Assembly (NCBI GenBank): GCA_013331805.1
Contig: DUFS01000080.1
Span: 1 to 16,099 of the forward strand
From: Candidatus Micrarchaeota archaeon
GTDB taxonomy: Archaea; Micrarchaeota; Micrarchaeia; Anstonellales; Anstonellaceae
Length of the DNA stretch: 16,099 nt
Direction of reading: 5' to 3'
The number at the start of each line of letters is the position of its first letter. Within the stretch, counting starts at the first letter, position 1. Both the position numbers and the translations under genes were made by a program. The notes under the pieces were generated by a model, which did not search any database, was not told the origin of the DNA, and worked only from the letters and a program-made list of their open reading frames with translations. Of the stretch, positions 1-6,597 are shown in pieces.

Positions 1-239
1 GCGGCGCCCCGGGTCACAACTACCACATCCTCAACAGACTTGACCGACTTGAAAAGGACCGACTTGTCGCGCAGTATCCTCTTCGCCTCATCCTTGGAAA
101 CGGAATTCAAAGGCTCCATGGTCAGCCGGATGATTTCACCCTTTTCCAGATCCAACAAAATCTCCTGCACACGTCCGAGGAACTTGCCTGCGTCAGTGTA
201 AATATCCATCCCATATATCTTCGACACTTTTATTGCCAT
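1..239 (-). CDS. PRC-barrel domain protein (CdpB-like), 3' end outside the window
   Basis: Not in the ORF track. Manual translation from the ATG at 239 gives MAIKVSKIYGMDIYTDAGKFLGRVQEILLDLEKGEIIRLTMEP...KSVEDVVVV, the PRC-barrel pattern G.DIYT..G..LG.V.EI.LD...G. An SD-like AGGTGG lies just upstream, and the frame is open to the window edge. Confidence 0.85.
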   Translation of the reverse strand, partial: MAIKVSKIYGMDIYTDAGKFLGRVQEILLDLEKGEIIRLTMEPLNSVSKDEAKRILRDKSVLFKSVKSVEDVVVVTRGA

Positions 240-303
240 CAAAACCACCTTGGTCTGCCAATCACATTCTTCTCGGTTCGAATTTAAAAAACTATCTTAA
301 CTT

Positions 304-1293
304 TCAGCGTTTTCTCCTCGTGATGTAGCCAGCAAGCTCAGTTAGGTTCCGTTTTCCCTCGTTCTCAGGCAGTGCTTGCAGGCAGCGCATCGCAGAGGCT
401 ATCTTTTTTTCAGCAGCTGCCTTCACAACAGTTGGGGCGCCAGACTCTTTGATGAGTCGGATGGCTTCGGACACATCTGCCTTGCCCTTGCCCTCCTTTT
501 TCAACAACCCCCACAACCGCCTTCTCCTTGCCCCAGGCAGCATGCGAAGCGCGTAAATGGTAAGAAGGGTGCGCTTCCCCTCTCGTATATCCCCCCCTAT
601 TTCCTTCCCGTATTTTTTTTCATCCCCCACAATGTTCAACAGGTCATCGATCATTTGGAATCCTATGCCGATTCCCATTCCAAAGTCCCGCAGGGCTTTG
701 CAGGTTTTTGCGTCCGCCCCCCCCAACAAACCCCCAACCTCGCATGAAACCGATATGAGCGCGCCAGTCTTGCCGCCAACCACTTGGTAATATTCACCAG
801 GCTTCACGCTCCATCTTTTTTTCCAATACCAGCCAAGCTCCCGGGCCTGCCCTTCCAGGACATTGGTAAATGCGGAAAGAAGGAGCCGCTGCGCTTTCAT
901 TTCCCTTGAGCCGCCAAGGCGCAGCGCTTCCTGCCACACCATCATGAAAAGCCCGTCGCCCGAATTGAGAGCAAGCGGAAGCCCGTACTTCACATGCATG
1001 CAGGGCCTTCCCCGTCTCATCCTCGATTCGTCCTCTATGTCGTCATGTATCAATGTGAAGTTATGGAACATTTCGATCGCAGTTGCTGCGCTCACGGCTT
1101 GGCGTGCTTTGCCCCCAACAGCCCTGCAGGCACAAAGGCAAAGGGCGGGCCTCAGGAGCTTTCCGTTTGTGGACAGGAATTCTGAAAGAAGTCCGTACAC
1201 CTCGAAAGGCTTGCGCCTGCGCCTGAAGATGCTCCTCAGCCTGCTTCTCACCGGCGCATTGAGGGGCAAAAGTTTTTTTTCAATTGATTCCAT
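304..1293 (-). CDS. idsA: Polyprenyl diphosphate synthase, likely GGPP synthase
   Basis: GKLLRP, first Asp-rich motif HDDIED followed by RRG, GQ, GKT, and second motif FQMIDDLLN. Phe at -5 from the first DDxxD is typical of short-chain archaeal GGPPS. GGTGG SD upstream. Confidence 0.9.
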   Translation of the reverse strand: MESIEKKLLPLNAPVRSRLRSIFRRRRKPFEVYGLLSEFLSTNGKLLRPALCLCACRAVGGKARQAVSAATAIEMFHNFTLIHDDIEDESRMRRGRPCMHVKYGLPLALNSGDGLFMMVWQEALRLGGSREMKAQRLLLSAFTNVLEGQARELGWYWKKRWSVKPGEYYQVVGGKTGALISVSCEVGGLLGGADAKTCKALRDFGMGIGIGFQMIDDLLNIVGDEKKYGKEIGGDIREGKRTLLTIYALRMLPGARRRRLWGLLKKEGKGKADVSEAIRLIKESGAPTVVKAAAEKKIASAMRCLQALPENEGKRNLTELAGYITRRKR

Positions 1294-1328
1294 CCTTCCA
1301 CCACTGGCTTTGGCATTGGGTGGTGAAC

Positions 1329-1336
1329 TTTTATAT
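1329..1336 (+). promoter_or_regulatory. TATA box for tRNA-Lys, possibly also serving idsA divergently
   Basis: TTTTATAT ends about 26 nt upstream of the tRNA 5' end at 1363. Confidence 0.6.
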
Positions 1337-1400
1337 TCTTCCCATTACAACGTCTTTCCAGCGGGCCCATAGCTCAGCTTGGTAGAGCAGTGGACTCTTA

Positions 1401-1439
1401 CCACGTGCCCGCCGATAAAGGTCAGGGCGCCTGTGGGAA
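1401..1439 (+). other. tRNA intron 1 at canonical 37/38 (39 nt)
   Basis: BHB-like motif: central helix CUCU(1395-98)/UGGG(1434-37) with one U-U mismatch, bulges UAC and AAA, and an internal stem GTGCCC/GGGCGC. Confidence 0.88.
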
Positions 1440-1461
1440 ATCCACGTGTCGAGGGTTCGAA

Positions 1462-1527
1462 CGGGACCCACTGTGAGAAAACCAGTGGTTTCCTTAATCC
1501 CTCACGCAACATTTGTGGGGAAGAAAA
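1462..1527 (+). other. tRNA intron 2 at non-canonical T-loop position 59/60 (66 nt)
   Basis: Removal restores TTCGAA|T CCCTC. UUC(54-56) pairs with GAA(1523-25), and bulges AAC/AAU fit cleavage at 59/60. It contains two hairpins, CCACTG/CAGTGG and CCTCACG/TGTGGGG. The junction could slide by 1 nt in the A-run. Confidence 0.8.
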
Positions 1528-1552
1528 TCCCTCTGGGCCCGCTTATCCTCCC

Positions 1553-3025
1553 TTATCCTGTTGAGTTGCTTTGGTTTACCAGGCTGTTTATGTATTTTTC
1601 CAGCTCAAGGCCCTCAACTTCGCTTATGCATTTGTAGAAGGTGTTGTTTTTCCGAAAGCCGCAGTAGCCCTCATTGCAGGCGCATGGCAGGTCCTTGAAG
1701 CAGGCATTCAGTGGTGATGCTTCATTGGCGAATTCTTTTGTGGTGTTTCTTGGTGCGCAGTACTGGCTCGCAGCCCCGAAAGTGCGGCAATCAGGGTTAG
1801 TGCCGCAGTCGCGGTAGTCGATCGTCTTTCTTAGGGCTTCTTCTTCGTCGGAGATTTTTTTCAGTCCGGCTGCGGCTGCCTGTGCGCAACTGTTGATTAG
1901 GCTGGAGTTCTTCATCTTTTTGCAAAGGTCGAAGTTTCCGGTCTGGCTTGCCACCGCGATGTAGCAATCATCCGACAGCGCGTCCAGTTTCTCGCACAGG
2001 ACGGCGTTGTTGGTGCCCTGCGCCACGATCAGGGTGCACGCCTCGTACTCGTCCTTCTCCCCTATCATTTTGCAGATTTCCCAATCGCGCTTTTCAGAAG
2101 CCAGGCTCTTTAGGCAGATTGTCCGGTCATTTCCTTCAAAAACCATGCAAGACGCCTTTGCCTGGTAATCCATCTCCGCGCGCTTGTAGAAGCTCACAAA
2201 TGAGGGGGTTTCGACCACGCCCAGCGGCTTTCCTGGCACCTCGGGGCTGCCAAGTTTTATCTTCGTGTAGTCGGTCTCATACGAATTGGACACCAGGGTT
2301 TCCTTGTAAGTCGCCCTGCTCTTCACTATGAACCCACCAGCCTTGTCTACCCAATAACTGACCTTCTGGTCGCTTATTGTGGACAGCGACGGATCGCTTG
2401 GCGAAATGCCCACTGAAAGAAGCTGGTCCACCGTCAGGCTGCGATAATCCAGCGAATACGATATTTTTTTTGTTTCAAAGGCGCCCGTGGGCTCCTCTAT
2501 GATTGAGGAATCTAGCTTTATCGCCCCTATGTTAATGAGTTTAATGATCTGTGTTTTTTGCGAAATGAAGGTTTTCTTGTCCGGGAGCAGAATTTTTAGG
2601 CTGGCAGCGACTGATAGCGCCTCGCTGTCGTTCCCTACAAGGGCGCATCGGTCGTCGCCTCCGTAGCTGAGGCAGACCACCTCGCTTTGGTTAGGGCCCC
2701 CGAAATAACCCCTGAGGCTCCCAAATCCGCCGCTTACATTCACGAACGATGCATTCCCATCACTGCGAAGGTCGTATGCAGTCTCGACACCATTTTCATT
2801 CGCCTCGTAAGTTAGTTCATATTCCTCCAATTTGGCGCCGGCGTCAAATGCGGAAAGCAGCAGCTTGGCGGCTGGCGTGTCAAGCGGCTTTGTTTCCATT
2901 GGGGGTGTGTTTTCCAGGGGCATGCTTTCCTGTTTAAAATAAACATAGCCAGCCAGCATAAGGGCTACGACAGCCGCCACAAGCACAATTATTTTCGTGT
3001 CAAACTTCATTTTCTTTTCAGCCAT
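1553..3025 (-). CDS. Membrane-anchored or secreted Cys-rich surface protein
   Basis: Basic N-terminus plus hydrophobic segment IIVLVAAVVALMLAGYVYF, a beta-rich ectodomain, about 28-aa Cys repeats (ICKMI..YEAC, LCEKL..DDC, LCKKM..NSC), a C-terminal Cys cluster and many N-x-S/T sequons. Start moved to the ATG at 3025, which follows a GGGGGTGG SD. Confidence 0.8.
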   Translation of the reverse strand: MAEKKMKFDTKIIVLVAAVVALMLAGYVYFKQESMPLENTPPMETKPLDTPAAKLLLSAFDAGAKLEEYELTYEANENGVETAYDLRSDGNASFVNVSGGFGSLRGYFGGPNQSEVVCLSYGGDDRCALVGNDSEALSVAASLKILLPDKKTFISQKTQIIKLINIGAIKLDSSIIEEPTGAFETKKISYSLDYRSLTVDQLLSVGISPSDPSLSTISDQKVSYWVDKAGGFIVKSRATYKETLVSNSYETDYTKIKLGSPEVPGKPLGVVETPSFVSFYKRAEMDYQAKASCMVFEGNDRTICLKSLASEKRDWEICKMIGEKDEYEACTLIVAQGTNNAVLCEKLDALSDDCYIAVASQTGNFDLCKKMKNSSLINSCAQAAAAGLKKISDEEEALRKTIDYRDCGTNPDCRTFGAASQYCAPRNTTKEFANEASPLNACFKDLPCACNEGYCGFRKNNTFYKCISEVEGLELEKYINSLVNQSNSTG

Positions 3026-3103
3026 TGGCACCACCCCCGGCTTCCCAGTCCAATACGATGGAAAATTGTTTTAAGCAATGCCATTATGTTCGGCATCGGC
3101 GCT

Positions 3104-4264
3104 TTAGTGCCCTGCCACTATCTTCACAACGTCCCCGTTTTCCAGGATATGCTCCGCGCCGATCCTGATGTGCCTCTTTACGTCAAACGCGCCGATGAAC
3201 TTTCCTGCAAGGTCGGTGTGCACCATGGCGGCAAGCTGGAGCGCGGTTGTGCCCTGGGGAACCAGGAATGCGTCGGGAAGCACGTCTCCCTTGTGGTTGG
3301 AGCACCTGTGCTCGTCTTCAACAGGATAGACGACTATCCCCCTAAGCTTGGTGTACGCTGCCCAGTCGATAATTTGCTGCACACCACTTCCCTTGTTTGA
3401 GGAAAGGAAGGCAGCTATCCTTTTCAGCGCGTCCGCCTGCTTTTCGTCCGGGCTTCCGGAAAGGTCGAATCCCCCCATGCCAGGTGCATACCTGATTATT
3501 CCGTGGTCGGAAGCCTTGCGAAGCGCAAGCTCGATTGCCGCACTGCAGGCAAAAATGCCGCTCTCAAATTTTTCGCGCGCTTTTTCGAAATTCTCGCGCG
3601 CTCCGTTCACATCAATTTTGTTGAATGCCACGGCTATTGGGAAGCGAGCCCCCACAAGCTCATTCGCGATTTTCTCAAGCCCGCTTTCGTCAGGCATGTT
3701 CCCGTCGCTTATGTCCAGGCCGCATTTTTTTGCAGCCTGAAAAAGCATCGCTTCCCCTATTTTCAGCCCGGAGAGAGCATTTGCAGCCTCCTTCACAGCA
3801 AGATGGCGAGCGCCTTTCCTCCCCATTATGTCAACCATCCACATCGCAAGCTCGGTCTTGAGAAAAGCGACTTCGTCCTCCGGACTGCATGAATCGCAGG
3901 GGTTGCCATAAAGATCGGTCTTTCCTGTCGCATCCACAACCTGTATGAGCACGTCTGCCTCCCGCACACTGTCCAGGAACCTGTTGCCCAATCCCTTGCC
4001 CCTATGGGCTTCCGGAACCAGCCCCGGCGTGTCGATTATGCCCACTGGCACCAGCCGCACCCCGTCCACGCACCTGGAGTTTTTGGCGTTGCACTCGGGC
4101 AGTTTCAAGGCAACGTGCGGGCAGGGCGCGCGGACGTACGTGACGCCCCTGTTGGCAGTCACAGTGGTGAAGGGGTAGTTCGCGATTGCCGCGTCCACCA
4201 TGGTCACGGCTGAAAAGAAGGTAGACTTTCCCTTGTTGGGCGCCCCCACCACGCCAAGAAGCAT
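3104..4264 (-). CDS. ychF: YchF/Obg-family translation-associated P-loop NTPase with C-terminal TGS domain
   Basis: GAPNKGKST, ANYPFTT, DTPGL, GKGLGNRFLD, NKID, and TGS-like VHTDL...LENGDVVKIV. Confidence 0.9.
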   Translation of the reverse strand: MLLGVVGAPNKGKSTFFSAVTMVDAAIANYPFTTVTANRGVTYVRAPCPHVALKLPECNAKNSRCVDGVRLVPVGIIDTPGLVPEAHRGKGLGNRFLDSVREADVLIQVVDATGKTDLYGNPCDSCSPEDEVAFLKTELAMWMVDIMGRKGARHLAVKEAANALSGLKIGEAMLFQAAKKCGLDISDGNMPDESGLEKIANELVGARFPIAVAFNKIDVNGARENFEKAREKFESGIFACSAAIELALRKASDHGIIRYAPGMGGFDLSGSPDEKQADALKRIAAFLSSNKGSGVQQIIDWAAYTKLRGIVVYPVEDEHRCSNHKGDVLPDAFLVPQGTTALQLAAMVHTDLAGKFIGAFDVKRHIRIGAEHILENGDVVKIVAGH

Positions 4265-4288
4265 ACGCGAAAGAAAGGAAACTAAGAC

Positions 4289-4296
4289 TATTTAAA
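4289..4296. promoter_or_regulatory. Putative bidirectional TATA box between ychF and rfcL
   Basis: TATTTAAA with a palindromic TTTAAA core, roughly 25 nt from both divergent ATGs (4264 and 4320). Neither gene has an obvious SD. Confidence 0.6.
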
Positions 4297-4319
4297 GGCT
4301 ATTAACGGGATATTTACCT

Positions 4320-5525
4320 ATGATTTTGCACCAGGTAAAGCCCAAATCAATTGCATCGCTGATAGGCAACCCCACTGCCTTTTCCGAAGCGAAAAAATGG
4401 GCAGATGGCTGGCAGCAAGGCAGCGTTCAGCCCGCATTGCTGGTATTCGGGCCCACGGGCATTGGCAAGACCGCCCTTGCTCACGCAATCGCATCCGAGT
4501 TTGGCTGGGAAATGTTCGAGTTCAACGCCTCAGATTTGCGGGACGAGGAAAGCGTAAACAGGCTGCTCGGAAATGCTGCGGCATCTTGGGGGCTTTTCGG
4601 CGCAAGGCGGCTCATCCTTATTGACGATGCGGATTCGCTCTCTGGGAGGGAGGACCGCGGAGGCGCATCGGCAATCGCTGCGATACTTTCCTCCCCCAAA
4701 CAGCCCATCATCCTCACCGCGCTTGACCTTTATGACAAAAAGCTGCAGGCAATCAAGGCGCACTGCCAGCCCCTCAAGCTGCAGCGCGTGCACACAAGCA
4801 GCATTGCTATCTTGCTGAAAAAGGCTGCTGCCGCAAGCGGAGCTATCTTCGATGACAATCAGCTGTCTTCCATTGCGTCCTCTTCCTCGGGAGACGTCCG
4901 CGCTGCGCTCAACGACCTTCAGGCCAGGAACCTCAACGCACGCCGCGACTCGGAAAAGAACATATTCGAAGTCGTCCGCACGATCCTGAAATCCGAAAAA
5001 TACGCCGAAGCAAGGAAGGCGGCTTTCGACTCGGAAACCGAGCACGATACGCTCAAGCTTTGGGTGGCGCAGAACATAACCGCTGAATACGAAAAGCCCT
5101 TTGAAATCGCAGAAGCGTACTCTTCCTTGTCAAGAGCTGATATTTTTGACGGAAGGATAGCCCGCAGGCAATACTGGGGCTTCTTGCGGTACTCAACCGA
5201 CCACCTGTCATCCGGCGTGGCAACTGCCAAATCAGCCCCTTACAGGAAGTGGACGCAGATTTCCTACCCAGATTACATACGCGAAATGGGCGCTTCCAAA
5301 GCTGCCCGCACATTGCGCAAAGGGATTCTTAAGAAAATATCCGGCTGCTGCCACTGCTCAATCGAACAGGCAGCCTCCTACCTCCCCCTTGTTGAGCTTC
5401 TTGCCAAGAAAAACGCAAAGGAAACGGCAGGCATCTTCGGTTTTGAGGAAGAAGAATCAGACTTCGTGCTCAAGAAAAAGGCTGCGAAAAAGGAAACAGG
5501 TAAAAAGAAAGCAGCAAAGAAGTGA
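4320..5525 (+). CDS. rfcL: Replication factor C large subunit
   Basis: Walker A GPTGIGKT, EFNASDLR, Walker B LIDDAD, GDVRAALNDLQ, and the RFC-L collar motif LSRADIF.GRI.RRQYW.FLRY. Confidence 0.93.
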   Translation: MILHQVKPKSIASLIGNPTAFSEAKKWADGWQQGSVQPALLVFGPTGIGKTALAHAIASEFGWEMFEFNASDLRDEESVNRLLGNAAASWGLFGARRLILIDDADSLSGREDRGGASAIAAILSSPKQPIILTALDLYDKKLQAIKAHCQPLKLQRVHTSSIAILLKKAAAASGAIFDDNQLSSIASSSSGDVRAALNDLQARNLNARRDSEKNIFEVVRTILKSEKYAEARKAAFDSETEHDTLKLWVAQNITAEYEKPFEIAEAYSSLSRADIFDGRIARRQYWGFLRYSTDHLSSGVATAKSAPYRKWTQISYPDYIREMGASKAARTLRKGILKKISGCCHCSIEQAASYLPLVELLAKKNAKETAGIFGFEEEESDFVLKKKAAKKETGKKKAAKK

Positions 5526-5579
5526 ATGCGCGGGAATTAATGTTAAGGAATCTGAAAAAAGCGAAAAAAAAGTGATGGC

Positions 5580-6017
5580 ATGCTAATGTTCCACCCATCT
5601 TCGAAAAGGTCATGGCTTTATTCGGCAGCAGCATTCGTCCTTGTATCAGCCGCAATAATGGCAATAACAGTTTGGCTCCAAGTCGGTATCGACGGAGTTT
5701 TCCTGATTACAGGCGCTGCAGCCATTGCCTTCCTTTACGCGGCTGCTGCAACCGCGATCGCTAAGCTCACCACCTACAGCCTGGATGGCGATTCGCTTGT
5801 GATGGAGCGGGTCAGCGTATCTGTTTCCAAACAGGTAATCCCGCTGAAAAGTATTGACAATATCCACACAAAGTCCTCGCTGGCCGGGCGCCTGCTTTTA
5901 ATCACTGACATATACGTTGACACGCCGGGAGGCTTCGGCTACGAAATGGTGTTGCGGGACGTCCCGCAGGGCGCTGCAAATCAGCTTATGGAACAGATGC
6001 AGAAGCTCAAGTCATGA
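5580..6017 (+). CDS. Membrane protein with bacterial PH (bPH_2/YdbS-like) domain
   Basis: Two N-terminal hydrophobic helices followed by TTYSL...IPLKSIDNI...LAGRLL.I.DIYVDT.GG, the bPH_2 pattern. Confidence 0.75.
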   Translation: MLMFHPSSKRSWLYSAAAFVLVSAAIMAITVWLQVGIDGVFLITGAAAIAFLYAAAATAIAKLTTYSLDGDSLVMERVSVSVSKQVIPLKSIDNIHTKSSLAGRLLLITDIYVDTPGGFGYEMVLRDVPQGAANQLMEQMQKLKS

Positions 6018-6538
6018 ATTTGAACAAAGGTCATGCAATGTTCACGAAAAGCAAAAGAGGGGGGGGCCTCGTGGAAGAAACAGACACGTCGCTCGCAGCC
6101 AAATTCCTTGAGGCCGGTATGGGTTTCGGGCAGGGCGGCAGCGTTTTATTCCACCCGCTTGAGGCCGCTTATCTTGCAAAAATCGGAAAAACGTCCTTTG
6201 AATCATTCGCCAGCGCGGAAAAGTTCGCAGCTGCTCAGGAAAAAAAGCACAGGGGATTCGGGTTCGCGTTCGCAGTTTATTTTTCAATCCGGAAAACCGG
6301 AAGGCTTGCCCGCCCGTATGCAAAAGAGAAGGATTATTTTCGTGTCTATGCGCCCGGCGTGGGCAGGCTGGAGCAGCGCCCGCAGCAGCTGGTCTTCCTG
6401 CATCCGGGAAAAGTGCCTTCCCTGCGGACCCTTGAGGAACAGGTCAAAATCGCGCACCTTGCCCGCCTAGACCTCATTGTTGCCTGCGGAACCGAAAAGG
6501 AAATCAAATTCTACAAGGTTTCGGCTTTCAACTTCTGA
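6014..6538 (+). CDS. tRNA-intron endonuclease-like single-unit protein, catalytically degenerate
   Basis: EndA N-domain motif FHPLEAAYL, VYFSIRKTG, FRVYAPG (compare FRLYFPG in the EndA at 15255) and KIAHLARL (compare RVAHSVKK). The catalytic His and Lys positions are substituted. ATGA overlap with the upstream gene; alternative start ATG 6038. Confidence 0.8.
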   Translation: MNLNKGHAMFTKSKRGGGLVEETDTSLAAKFLEAGMGFGQGGSVLFHPLEAAYLAKIGKTSFESFASAEKFAAAQEKKHRGFGFAFAVYFSIRKTGRLARPYAKEKDYFRVYAPGVGRLEQRPQQLVFLHPGKVPSLRTLEEQVKIAHLARLDLIVACGTEKEIKFYKVSAFNF

Positions 6539-6597
6539 CCAGCGCATTTTGCTTTGCCCTGCAATAGTGTTTTATTTTCCCGTTACGATTGCTCTGC

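Larger units (their letters stand above)
1363..1541 (+). tRNA. tRNA-Lys(CUU) with two introns; exons 1363-1400, 1440-1461, 1528-1541
   Basis: Joined exons give GGGCCCA TA GCTC AGCTTGGTA GAGC A GTGGA CT-CTT-AA TCCAC GTGTC GAGGG TTCGAAT CCCTC TGGGCCC G. All four stems pair, anticodon CTT is at 1397-1399, discriminator is G1541, and CCA is not encoded. Confidence 0.93.

Noticed and set aside
1496..1533. AATCCCTC direct repeat as an attL/attR of a tRNA-integrated element
   Set aside because: Only 8 nt long and 30 nt apart; no integrase, and I saw no second copy of the tRNA 3' end elsewhere in the window.
1379..1698. Three short plus-strand ORFs (61-63 aa)
   Set aside because: They overlap the intron-containing tRNA and the antisense of the surface-protein gene.
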